Translations under genes and position numbers: made by a program
In this document: piece by piece, positions 28,177 to 36,975 of the stretch
Layout of the letters: the number at the start of each line of letters is the position of its first letter
Position numbering within the stretch: position 1 is the stretch's first letter
The notes under the pieces: model-generated
What the model saw: only the letters and a program-made list of their open reading frames with translations
Database searches by the model: none
Told to the model about the DNA's origin: nothing
From: an uncultured Candidatus Binatia bacterium
GTDB lineage: Bacteria > Desulfobacterota > Binatia > UBA9968 > JAJDTQ01
DNA length: 64,000 bases
Direction: 5' to 3'
Assembly: GCA_965215605.1 (NCBI GenBank)
Contig: OZ244070.1
Span: forward strand, 1,248,001 to 1,312,000

Positions 28177-29182
28177 GCGGGGACGGGTCAGAGGGGTTGG
28201 AGAATGTGCGGGACCGCGAGGGCGGGCTTGGCTGGCCGAGATAGTGCAGGCGCTTGATCTCCCGGCGTCCGAGGGTCACGGTGTCGAGGATGAGGCTGCA
28301 TGCCAGGCTCAGGAAGCCCAGCAGCGCGAGTCCGGTAGAGAGCACCGCGGTGGGGATGCGCGGCACCAAGCCGGTTTCCAGATATTCCGTCAGGAGCGGC
28401 CAAGCGAGGATGACGGCGGCCAGTTCCAGCAACACGAACACGGAGAAGAAACATTCCAGCGGCCGCTCCTCCTTGATCAGCGCGAAGATGGTCTTGAAGA
28501 TGGCGATCCCGTCGCGAACCGTTCTGAGCTTGCTGGACGACCCGTGAGGCCGTTCGTGATACGGGACTTCCAGCTCGGCGCAGGGCAGACGCATCTCGAG
28601 CGCATGCACGGCAATCTCGGTCTCGATTTCAAACCCCTTGGAGAGCGCGGGGAAGGACTTGACGAAACGGCGGGACAAGACCCGGTATCCCGACAGAACG
28701 TCGGAGAACTTCTGGCCGAAGATCAGGCCCACCATGGCGGTGATCACCCGGTTGCCGAACCGGTGACCCGGACGGTAGGCGGCCTTGAGGTCAAAGGCTC
28801 GCGCGCCGGTGACCATGTCCAGCGGGCCATCGATCAGACGCGCGATCATCTCCGGAGCGCGGTCCGCGGGATAGGTGCCGTCGCCGTCCACCAGGACGAA
28901 GACATCGGCGTCGATGTCGCCGAACATCCGGCGCACCACGTGGCCCTTCCCGGGCACCGGGTCGGAGCGGACCACCGCGCCGGCCCTGGCCGCAGTCTCT
29001 CCGGTGCGGTCGGTCGAGGCGTTGTCGTAGACATAGAAGCGCGCGGTGGGGAGCGCCGCCCTGAAGTCCTCCACCACTCCGGCAATGGCCGCCTCCTCGT
29101 CGCGGCACGGAATCACCACGGCAATCGAAAGATCGCCAAAATCGAACTTCTCGTCACCGATGGTTCCCACTCCCTTTGACAC
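28169..29182 (-). CDS. GT2 glycosyltransferase (DPM1/GtrB-like) with two C-terminal TM helices
   Basis: VVIPCRDEE, YDNASTD, VDGDGTY, DVLSGYR and GFEIETE motifs; GTG start with a GGAG RBS. Confidence 0.9.
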   Translation of the reverse strand: MSKGVGTIGDEKFDFGDLSIAVVIPCRDEEAAIAGVVEDFRAALPTARFYVYDNASTDRTGETAARAGAVVRSDPVPGKGHVVRRMFGDIDADVFVLVDGDGTYPADRAPEMIARLIDGPLDMVTGARAFDLKAAYRPGHRFGNRVITAMVGLIFGQKFSDVLSGYRVLSRRFVKSFPALSKGFEIETEIAVHALEMRLPCAELEVPYHERPHGSSSKLRTVRDGIAIFKTIFALIKEERPLECFFSVFVLLELAAVILAWPLLTEYLETGLVPRIPTAVLSTGLALLGFLSLACSLILDTVTLGRREIKRLHYLGQPSPPSRSRTFSNPSDPSPHD

Positions 29183-29275
29183 GAATGCTCCTGACGTTAT
29201 CAGTCGGATTAGACAGGTGCAATCCGCGGGAAGGGGCGGCACCCGCAGGCATGGCTGCTCTTCGGCACCTGATCG

Positions 29276-29722
29276 TCACACGGCGGAGCCCATGCAGCGC
29301 TTTCCCACGTAATCGGCCAGCGTCGTCACGGTTTCACCGTGCTCGGTGGGCGCAACGGCCGTCACGAATCGACGATCCGCCGTCACTACCGTCGCGCCGA
29401 TGCGGTGCGCGAGCGCGAGATACACGCAGTCGTAAACCGGGTGGTCGAGGGCCAGCGCCAGACGCACCGCGTCCGCGGTGACGGTTTCGTCATCGTTCCA
29501 GCGCAACGGCATGTCGGGAAGCAAAGCCATGGCGGCGCCCGCATCGGCGCGCTCGATTTGACCCACCCGCACCTTGCGCCAAAGCGCATTGGCAACCTCG
29601 GAAGCCATCAGGCGCGGCGCGTGCAGTTCCTGTCCGCTCGCCGCCAGCTCCCGCGCAGCATCCGAATCGGGTTCGTCAACCAGTAACTTGACCGCCACGC
29701 TCGCATCGATGACGAAGCGCAT
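29276..29722 (-). CDS. vapC: VapC/PIN-domain toxin
   Basis: VIDASVAVK, EVANAL, VYDCVYLALA and VTAD motifs. Confidence 0.92.
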   Translation of the reverse strand: MRFVIDASVAVKLLVDEPDSDAARELAASGQELHAPRLMASEVANALWRKVRVGQIERADAGAAMALLPDMPLRWNDDETVTADAVRLALALDHPVYDCVYLALAHRIGATVVTADRRFVTAVAPTEHGETVTTLADYVGKRCMGSAV

Positions 29723-29982
29723 CAGAAATCGTCGCGGTGACCGCGTTCGCGGTCCTCGCGGATCAGCACTTCCGCCGGGGTTTGCTTGCGGCCCCTGGTC
29801 TTCTCCCGCAGCCGGTCCGACGCTTCCAGGAAAGCAGCGCGTTTCGTCGCCATGTCATCGTAGGCGGCGCACTCCAGAACGTGTCGTACCTCGCCTTCCA
29901 GGGAGCGGTTGTTCGACGAGGCGCGCCGCTTCAGGCGGTCCACCACATCGTCGTCGAGTTGTCGCACATTGATCGTCGCCAT
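29722..29982 (-). CDS. FitA-like ribbon-helix-helix antitoxin
   Basis: MATINVRQLDD...LKRRA...RSLEGEVR; GGAGGT RBS; stop overlaps the vapC start. Confidence 0.88.
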   Translation of the reverse strand: MATINVRQLDDDVVDRLKRRASSNNRSLEGEVRHVLECAAYDDMATKRAAFLEASDRLREKTRGRKQTPAEVLIREDRERGHRDDF

Positions 29983-30171
29983 CGGCGTACCTCCAATCCC
30001 CAACAATGCTATCAGTTTGATAGCGCATCGTCGCGGCGCATGCGACCCCCCGGCCCGAAGGCCATCGCTCGCCCCTGTGTTGTCAATTGAGCAAAGGGGA
30101 CTTGGGACATGACCGCGTTGTCTAACATTAGGATTGAACATCAACATAAATCATGATAATATTCGAGAAAA

Positions 30172-31194
30172 ATGTTAGAAAGCCGTCACATCTCTTCGGA
30201 TTACAGCTACCATCGTGACCGCCTACAGGGCTATCTCGGAGCCATTCTACAGCGCGAGGTCCCTCTGAAGGACTGGGACGGGCATAAGGCGCTGCCTGTC
30301 TTTCTGACCCGCCTCTACCAATTCTTTGAAACGCGGGCCGGTCAAACGCCACTCCTCTTCATGTGGGCGGGCCAAACCGTGGAACACACGCCAGCAGAGA
30401 TCAGGAAGCACCTCGACTTGGCAAAGCGGAAGTTCGACGGAATAGTCGTGTATTCAACCGAACGACTCACAGCTCGCTTGCGCGCACGACTTGTTGCCGC
30501 TGGCGTCGCCTTCGCCGTGCCCGGTAATCAGCTCTTTATTCCGGAGCTCGCAACCGACTTGCGCGAACATTTCAGGGCACCTAAACCGAAACGGCCTGAC
30601 AAACTGTCGCCATCGACTCAACTATTGCTCTTTTTCCACCTCTTCCAGGATGAGCCGGCGCGACCGTGGACGCCAACCGAACTCACGGAACCTCTTCGGT
30701 ATTCGATCATGACCACGAGCCGGGCATTTGACGAGCTTGCCGCGGTCGGCCTTGCCCGGGTAGAGCGGCACGGCCGCAGGAAATTCTTGTCGTTCCGCTC
30801 CGAGGGACGCTTGCTGATCGACCTTTCCAAGACACTCCTGGTTCGTCCCGAACGTCGGCTGACCCATGTCCGTTGGAGGAAACACCCCCCTGACGTGCCG
30901 CTGGCTGGCGAGCATGCCCTCGCACGCTTCAGCGATCTCAGCCCGCCAACGACACCACCGGTTTACGCAGTGACGCCGCAACAGTTGCGCGACCTGCTCG
31001 CGGCCGGGTGGGCCGAACAGCGGGAGGCTGCCTATGACTCGGATGCAGCGCTTGCGACCTGGAGATACGATCCAAGGATACTGGCTCGCAACCGAGTGGT
31101 CGATCCTCTCTCTCTCTTCGCGCAGTTTTGGGACGATCCCGATGAACGCTTGTCCATGGCCGTCGACCGACTACTGGAGCACTGGACATGGTGA
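30172..31194 (+). CDS. wHTH-containing protein, putative type IV TA (AbiEi-like) antitoxin/regulator
   Basis: VPGNQLFIP, central HTH (YSIMTTSRAFDEL), LAGEHALA, WRYDP and VDPLSL motifs; followed by a nucleotidyltransferase-like stub. Confidence 0.6.
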   Translation: MLESRHISSDYSYHRDRLQGYLGAILQREVPLKDWDGHKALPVFLTRLYQFFETRAGQTPLLFMWAGQTVEHTPAEIRKHLDLAKRKFDGIVVYSTERLTARLRARLVAAGVAFAVPGNQLFIPELATDLREHFRAPKPKRPDKLSPSTQLLLFFHLFQDEPARPWTPTELTEPLRYSIMTTSRAFDELAAVGLARVERHGRRKFLSFRSEGRLLIDLSKTLLVRPERRLTHVRWRKHPPDVPLAGEHALARFSDLSPPTTPPVYAVTPQQLRDLLAAGWAEQREAAYDSDAALATWRYDPRILARNRVVDPLSLFAQFWDDPDERLSMAVDRLLEHWTW

Positions 31195-31328
31195 AAGGAG
31201 CTGACCGGTTTCGAGAGTATTTCGCCGGGCACGAAGACAGCTACGCGCTGATTGGAGGCGCGGCCTGCGATATCCTTTTCGGCGAAGCCGGACTTCCGTT
31301 TCGCCTTGTAGGCGTCGCAAGGGTTTGA
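31188..31328 (+). pseudogene. Truncated nucleotidyltransferase (AbiEii-like toxin) N-terminus
   Basis: MVKGADRFREYFAGHEDSYALIGGAACDILFGEAGLPFR, then a stop at codon 47, before the expected T-x-D-x-D motif. Confidence 0.7.
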
Positions 31329-31567
31329 AACCTTGGCGGAAATCAAACTAAACGGTCAAGTCGCGCCTTGATTGCGTCGCAATCACTGAGGTGGTCCTGG
31401 TTTGTAGGACAGGAAGGCGGCGGAGTTAAGGTGTATTCCAGACGTTCGATCATGCCGCCAAGGTCCCGTCTATCACGTCTTCGTGTTCCGATGGAACTGG
31501 CAGAGGGGCGGGCGGGGTGTGAGGCCCAGCCTGCCTCTGGAGTCCTCGTTCGTAGGCCTCCGCCGGG

Positions 31568-31828
31568 GTGGATGCCACCACCGAGGCGGAGATTGCGGCG
31601 CAGGAGCGGGAGGACAAGAAAGAGGCCATGCAGGACATGGCGCGGTATGCGCGGCGGATCCGGCGGCGGCTCGGGCTGGCGCAGACCGAGCTGGCGCGCC
31701 GCATCGACGTGCCGCATGAGACGATCCGCAACTGGGAGCAGGGCAAGCGCTGCCCGACCGGCGCGGCGCGCGCCCTGTTGCGGGTGCTCGACAAGGCACC
31801 GGAAACCGCGCTCCGCGTACTGACCTGA
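31568..31828 (+). CDS. XRE/HigA-type HTH antitoxin-like regulator (possibly 5'-truncated)
   Basis: LGLAQTELA...TIRNWEQGKRCPTGAARALL motif. Confidence 0.8.
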   Translation: MDATTEAEIAAQEREDKKEAMQDMARYARRIRRRLGLAQTELARRIDVPHETIRNWEQGKRCPTGAARALLRVLDKAPETALRVLT

Positions 31829-31919
31829 AAGGATGGCGGCGGTGCCGCCCGACCAACTTTTTTCGATCATACGTCAGGCGCCGCATGAAATGGGCCGGAA
31901 ACGGGCGCGGAAGCACGAA

Positions 31920-31950
31920 GACCGACATCTCCATGCGGGAGATGTCGGTC
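31920..31950 (-). terminator. 13-bp stem-loop downstream of the tRNA
   Basis: GACCGACATCTCC-ATGCG-GGAGATGTCGGTC; no long U-tract. Confidence 0.55.
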
Positions 31951-31954
31951 TCGG

Positions 31955-32031
<77 letters not shown>

Positions 32032-32089
32032 GGATGGTTGTAGCCCGTCGGTGTGGCGCTGTCAACCGTAGCCGGGAGACGGTAGTGGC

Positions 32090-32344
32090 TCAGTTTGAAA
32101 ATATACCTGGAAGTTGTGCTTGAGCGCAGACCAGGATATTCAATTGTCGCGCAAGCTGGCGTATATGTCCGGACTCAATCTCCGTGGAGTTCGTCTTCTT
32201 CCCATGCGGTCCAATCGGTATCCTGGCCGTCTTGCTACCATAAGTCACGAGGTGATTGTGTTTTGTCGTACGGCGGGCGTAGCCGGGAGCACAAACGTCC
32301 AACATGCCCCAAATGTCGCCGAGCCTGACGAGCCGCGTAGCCAC
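32090..32344 (-). CDS. Small basic protein, possible divergent HicA-like toxin
   Basis: 84 aa; TKHNHLV...RIP..PH...EI..GHIRQLARQL pattern resembles the HicA fold. Confidence 0.5.
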   Translation of the reverse strand: MATRLVRLGDIWGMLDVCAPGYARRTTKHNHLVTYGSKTARIPIGPHGKKTNSTEIESGHIRQLARQLNILVCAQAQLPGIFSN

Positions 32345-32352
32345 CTGGTGTG

Positions 32353-32844
32353 TCAGGCGGCTAGCACGGATCCGGCTAGCACGGATCCGACTTGTTGAGG
32401 GTAATTGTCGGCCGGCAAGACGTGCGCCAAATCTTTAAACTCAACCCGTATGTAGCTCTCAGAATCCGCGCTCTCCCGCTGGATCTCCAGTTCGACTTTA
32501 CCCCTTCGGACTTCATCTACAGCCGAGAGCCACTCTCGCTCTCGCAAGATGTTAACGTCGAAGAACATCTCTTTGACGGCCGCCTCGAATGCTGCTGAGG
32601 ACTCTGACTCTTCAGCCAAGTCAAACAGCACGTTACGGAAGGATTGCCGATATGCCCTGACAGCATCTGTCGGCCCATCACCGGTCGCCGCGAAACTCCC
32701 CGGCTGGACGCCATAGACCCAGTGCTCGTCGTCCTCGCTGGCCGCTAGAACGCGCCCGCGCGAGAACACGTCAGCGATGAAGCCCTTGCCGAAGACGCGA
32801 TCATGATAAGTGAAAAAGAGTGGCAGTTGGTCCATAGTTCCCAC
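32353..32844 (-). CDS. Acidic protein, possible divergent HicB-like antitoxin
   Basis: EDDEHWVYGVQPGSFAATGDGPTDAV resembles the HicB N-terminal motif; 8 bp from the downstream gene. Confidence 0.5.
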   Translation of the reverse strand: MGTMDQLPLFFTYHDRVFGKGFIADVFSRGRVLAASEDDEHWVYGVQPGSFAATGDGPTDAVRAYRQSFRNVLFDLAEESESSAAFEAAVKEMFFDVNILREREWLSAVDEVRRGKVELEIQRESADSESYIRVEFKDLAHVLPADNYPQQVGSVLAGSVLAA

Positions 32845-32957
32845 CCCCGTAAGTTCTTGGGTTCATGGAGGGTTTGTCGCCCTTTTCTACTAGATTACTA
32901 TAGTGGGATCAAACTGAAACAGCAGGTGGAATACCCCCAGGGGGAAACGGGCGCGTG

Positions 32958-33452
32958 TTACGGCCGGGGAAACTTCTCCCGAAGCTGTTCGAGCACGACT
33001 TCCGGGACGAACGCGGTGACGTCGCCGCCCAGCCCGCACACCTCCTTGACCAGCCTGGAACTGATGTAGAAGGACGATTCACTGGTCATCATGAAGAAGG
33101 TTTCGATATTCGGCTTAAGCCTGCGGTTCATGGTCGCCATCTGGAACTCGTATTCGAAATCCGACACCGCCCGCAGCCCCCGGATCACCACCTTGGCCGA
33201 CACCGCCTCCGCATAGTCCACCAGCAGGCCCTGGAAGCTGTCCACGCGCACCCGTTCCTCGGACTCGAAGACCTTTCGAACCGTGGCCATGCGTTCTTCC
33301 ACCGAGAAGAGGGCGCCTCCCTTCTCCTGGTTGTACGCGATGGCGATGATCACCTGGTCGAAGATGCGGAGGGCGCGTCTCACCAGATCCACGTGGCCGT
33401 TGGTGATGGGGTCGAAGGACCCCGGATAGACCGCAGTGCTGATTTCCGCCAT
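32958..33452 (-). CDS. coaD: Phosphopantetheine adenylyltransferase
   Basis: YPGSFDPITNGH and RGLRAVSDFEYE motifs. Confidence 0.97.
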   Translation of the reverse strand: MAEISTAVYPGSFDPITNGHVDLVRRALRIFDQVIIAIAYNQEKGGALFSVEERMATVRKVFESEERVRVDSFQGLLVDYAEAVSAKVVIRGLRAVSDFEYEFQMATMNRRLKPNIETFFMMTSESSFYISSRLVKEVCGLGGDVTAFVPEVVLEQLREKFPRP

Positions 33453-33464
33453 GTGCAGACCGCC

Positions 33465-34019
33465 TCAGTCGCTCAGTTCGAAGAAGGAGAGCACCGTGCC
33501 GCCGTACCGCCGGCAATCACGGCGCACCAGACCGTCGTATTCCTCGTCGACTCTTTCCCGTGCGCTGTGCTCCGCCACGGCGGCGCCTCCCGCATTGAGT
33601 ATTCCCGCCCGGGAGATCATGGGCATGGTCCTGTTCACCCAGCCGCCGTCGTAGGGAGGATCCAGAAATATCGCGTCGTACGCCGCGCCCTCGTCCGCCA
33701 GCCGGCTCAGGGCCTTGCCCACGGGTGTCGACCATATCCGCGCCCGGTCCATGAAGCCGAGCGTTTCCAGGTTTCCGCGAATCAGACCCGCCGCCTCCGT
33801 CGATTGGTCCACCAGCAGCGCCGACGCCGCCCCACGGCTCAGGGCCTCCAGGGACAGGCTCCCTGTGCCGGCGAAGAGGTCCAGCACTTGCCTGCCGGAG
33901 AAATCCCTGGGGAGGATATTGAACAGGGCCTCCCGGACCCGGTCGGCCGTCGGCCGGATGGTGCTCCCCTTGGGCGCCCTGATGCGTCTTCCCCGCGCTG
34001 TCCCTCCGATGATGCGCAT
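33465..34019 (-). CDS. rsmD: 16S rRNA m2G966 methyltransferase
   Basis: MRIIGG, RPTADRVREALF, DLFAGTG and DPPY motifs. Confidence 0.96.
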   Translation of the reverse strand: MRIIGGTARGRRIRAPKGSTIRPTADRVREALFNILPRDFSGRQVLDLFAGTGSLSLEALSRGAASALLVDQSTEAAGLIRGNLETLGFMDRARIWSTPVGKALSRLADEGAAYDAIFLDPPYDGGWVNRTMPMISRAGILNAGGAAVAEHSARERVDEEYDGLVRRDCRRYGGTVLSFFELSD

Positions 34020-34056
34020 GCCGCGGGTGTTTCCTCCGGGCGCCGCGCCGCCGCAC

Positions 34057-34081
34057 GGGCGGGTTGGAAGCCCGCCCCTAC
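34057..34081 (-). repeat. GTAG-type REP palindrome
   Basis: GTAGGGGCGGGCTTCCAACCCGCCC. Confidence 0.8.
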
Positions 34082-35115
34082 GACCCTGGCACCAGGGTGA
34101 TCTTGCCGAACTGCTGCCCGGTCTCCAGCCTGGTCTGGGCCGCGGCCGCCTCGGCCAGCGGAAAGCTCTTGTCGAGCACCGGCCGGACCCCCGCCGTCTC
34201 CACGAACCGCAACACCTGCTCGAACTCCTCCCGGCTGCCCAGGGTCGACCCGAAGATGCTGAGGTGGTTCCAGAAGATCCGCCGGATGTCCGTCGGCGGC
34301 GTGGCGCCGGTGGTGGCGCCGCAGGTGACGAGCCGCCCGCCCTTCACCAGCGCCGCGAGGCTCTTGGCCCAGCTCTCGCCCCCCACGCAGTCCACCACTA
34401 CGTCCACCCCCCGCTTGCCGGTGACGTTGCGTATCTCACGGGTGAAGTCGCACTCCCGGTAGTTCAACCCGTGATCGGCGCCCAGCTCCCGTGCCCGGTC
34501 GAGCTTCTCGCCGCTGCTCGAGGTCACCGCCACCCAGGCGTTCATGGCCTTGGCGATCTGCAGCGCCGCCATGGCCACGCCGCCGCCGATGCCCAGGATG
34601 AGCACCGTCTCCCCGGGCGCGAGCCTCGCGTTGGTCACCAGCATGCGCCAGACCGTGATGAACACCAGCGGAAACGCCGCCGCCTCCTCGAAACTGTAAC
34701 CCTCGGGGATGGCGAAGCAGTTGGCGGCGGGAATCGTCACGTACTCGGCGTACGATCCCTTCATGCCCTCGCCCAGGACCCGCAGCCGCACACACATGTA
34801 GTCGCGGCTGGTGCGGCAGAACTCGCAAGCGCCGCAGCCCACCGGCGGATACAGGCAGACCGCGTCGCCCTTCTTCAGATGTGTCACCTCGCTCCCCACC
34901 TCCTCCACCACGCCCGCGCCGTCGGCGCCGAGGATGTGCGGGAACTCCACCTTCATGCCGGTGAGACCCTTGCGGTTCCACAGGTCGATGTGGTTCAGGG
35001 AGGCCGCCTCGAGGCGCACGATCACGTCGCGCGGCGAACGCAGGACCGGGTCGGGAGCCTCCTCGTAGCGGAGCTTGTCGGCCCCGCCGTACTCGTAAAA
35101 CTGGACCGCTTTCAA
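34078..35115 (-). CDS. Zinc-binding MDR dehydrogenase / quinone oxidoreductase family
   Basis: LNHIDLW, GADGAG, CGACEFC...C and GIGGGVA motifs; TTG start inferred. Confidence 0.9.
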   Translation of the reverse strand: MKAVQFYEYGGADKLRYEEAPDPVLRSPRDVIVRLEAASLNHIDLWNRKGLTGMKVEFPHILGADGAGVVEEVGSEVTHLKKGDAVCLYPPVGCGACEFCRTSRDYMCVRLRVLGEGMKGSYAEYVTIPAANCFAIPEGYSFEEAAAFPLVFITVWRMLVTNARLAPGETVLILGIGGGVAMAALQIAKAMNAWVAVTSSSGEKLDRARELGADHGLNYRECDFTREIRNVTGKRGVDVVVDCVGGESWAKSLAALVKGGRLVTCGATTGATPPTDIRRIFWNHLSIFGSTLGSREEFEQVLRFVETAGVRPVLDKSFPLAEAAAAQTRLETGQQFGKITLVPGS

Positions 35116-35170
35116 GACAACGACCTCGGAGATGGGTTGGTTCCGGTCAAAGGGGATGCGAGGCCGGCCG

Positions 35171-35512
35171 TCAGGCCGAAAAGGAGGTGCCGCACCCGCA
35201 GGTGCCCGTGGCATTGGGATTGGAGAAGCGAAAGCTGGCACCCTGGAGCTCGCTCACGTAGTCGATGACCGTCCCATCGAGCTGCTGCAGGATGGCCGTC
35301 TCCACGTAGACCTGCAGGCCCCCCATGTCGAGCACCACGTCCTCAGCCCCGGGGCCGTCGTCGAAGTCCAGCTTGTAGGAGTAGCCGGAACATCCTCCCG
35401 GCATCACGGACACCCGCAGTCCCCGGCCGGCGAGCTTCTCCCGCTCGCGGATCTTCTTGACGTGGGCGACGGCGGCGTCGGTCAGGCGAAGTTTGTTCGC
35501 GTCATTTTCCAC
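35171..35512 (-). CDS. A-type Fe-S carrier (IscA/ErpA/HesB family)
   Basis: GGCSGYSY and NPNATGTCGCGTSF motifs. Confidence 0.93.
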   Translation of the reverse strand: MENDANKLRLTDAAVAHVKKIREREKLAGRGLRVSVMPGGCSGYSYKLDFDDGPGAEDVVLDMGGLQVYVETAILQQLDGTVIDYVSELQGASFRFSNPNATGTCGCGTSFSA

Positions 35513-35544
35513 AGCTTGGAGTCTAGTCGACGGTTGCGGGCAAG

Positions 35545-36975
35545 TCAAGATTCCCGCCGCCCGAGCCCGGCCACGATCTTGTGCGGCAGGCCGCCGAAGC
35601 TGCCGTTGGACATCACCAGCACGACGTCCCGCGCCACCGCGTCCCGGACCACCATCCGGGCGATTTCGTCCACTCCGGCGAGATGGCACGCGGCCCGGTC
35701 CCCCCGGCGCCGGTTGATGCAGTCCACCAGCTCCGCGGGGGAGATGCGCTCCTCCTCGGGAATCTTCTCCGGGTGGTAAAGGTCGGGGAGCACGACCCGG
35801 TCGGCCCGCGCCAGCGCCCGGGCGAACTCCGTGAGGAAGACCCGCCTGCGGCTGGTCTGGCTGCGGGGCTCGAAGACGGCCCAGAGCCGCCGCCCGGGCC
35901 AAGCCTCCCGCACCGCGGCGATGGTGTCCGCCACCGCGGTGGGGTGGTGGGCGAAGTCGTCGATGACCAGGACGCCCGCCTCCTCGCCGGCAATCTCCTG
36001 CCGCCGCTGCACGCCGCGGAAGCTCGCCATGGCCGAGCGGACCACGGACGGGCGCAAGCCGATCTCCCTGGCGGTGGCGTAGACCGCCAGCGCGTTCTTG
36101 GCATTGTGGCGGCCGATCAACGGCACCTCCACCGCGCCTTCGGCGACGCCCTTGTAGCAGGGAGTGAAGGCCATCCGGCCGCCCGTGGCCCGGACGTCGA
36201 GGGCTTGCCAATCGGCCGACCCGCCGATGCCGTAGGACAGCACCGGACAGGCGGCGGCGTCCAGGATCTCCCGGGCATGGACCGCTTCGTCGCACACCAG
36301 CAATCCGCCGTCGGGCGCGATGATCTCCACCAGGCGCCGGAAGGCGTCCTTCACGTGCTCCAGGTCCCGGTAGATGTCGGCGTGGTCGAACTCCAGGCTC
36401 GTGAGGATGACCCGCTCCGGCTTGTAGTGCAGGAACTTCGGCCCCTTGTCGAAGAAGGCGCTGTCGTATTCGTCGCCCTCCATGACCACCCACGGGCCCC
36501 CGCCGGAGCGGAACCCGCTGCCGAAGTTCACCGGGATGCCGCCGATGAAGAAGCTCGGGTCCAGCCCCGCGGCCACCAGCACCCAGGACATCAGCGACGT
36601 GGTGGTGGTCTTGCCGTGGGTGCCCGCCACCACCACCGAGTGCTTGCCGTCGATGAGGAACCGGCCCAGGGCCTGGGGCAGCGACACGTAGGGGATGCCG
36701 CGGCGCAGCACCGCCTCCGCCTCCGGGTTCCCCCGGGACACGGCGTTGCCGATGACCACCAGGTCCGGCCCCTCGCCGAGGTGGTCCTCGCTGAAACCGG
36801 GCAGGATGTCGATGCCGATTTCTTCCAGGAAGGTGCTCATGGGCGGGTAGACGTTCTCGTCCGAGCCGGTGACCCGGTACCCCTGCTGCCGCAGCAGGGC
36901 GGCCAGGGAACCCGTGCCGACGCCGCAGACAGCGACGAAATGGACGTGGGCGCCGGGGTTCAGGTCCGGAATCAT
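35545..36975 (-). CDS. mpl: UDP-MurNAc:tripeptide ligase (murein peptide ligase)
   Basis: YPPMS, GTHGKTTT, EGDEYDSAFFDK and DDFAHHPTA motifs. Confidence 0.92.
   Translation of the reverse strand: MIPDLNPGAHVHFVAVCGVGTGSLAALLRQQGYRVTGSDENVYPPMSTFLEEIGIDILPGFSEDHLGEGPDLVVIGNAVSRGNPEAEAVLRRGIPYVSLPQALGRFLIDGKHSVVVAGTHGKTTTTSLMSWVLVAAGLDPSFFIGGIPVNFGSGFRSGGGPWVVMEGDEYDSAFFDKGPKFLHYKPERVILTSLEFDHADIYRDLEHVKDAFRRLVEIIAPDGGLLVCDEAVHAREILDAAACPVLSYGIGGSADWQALDVRATGGRMAFTPCYKGVAEGAVEVPLIGRHNAKNALAVYATAREIGLRPSVVRSAMASFRGVQRRQEIAGEEAGVLVIDDFAHHPTAVADTIAAVREAWPGRRLWAVFEPRSQTSRRRVFLTEFARALARADRVVLPDLYHPEKIPEEERISPAELVDCINRRRGDRAACHLAGVDEIARMVVRDAVARDVVLVMSNGSFGGLPHKIVAGLGRRES

Noticed and set aside
31343-31934. 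Several overlapping 110-175 aa ORFs around the XRE gene
   Set aside because: Low-complexity alternative frames with no recognisable toxin motifs.
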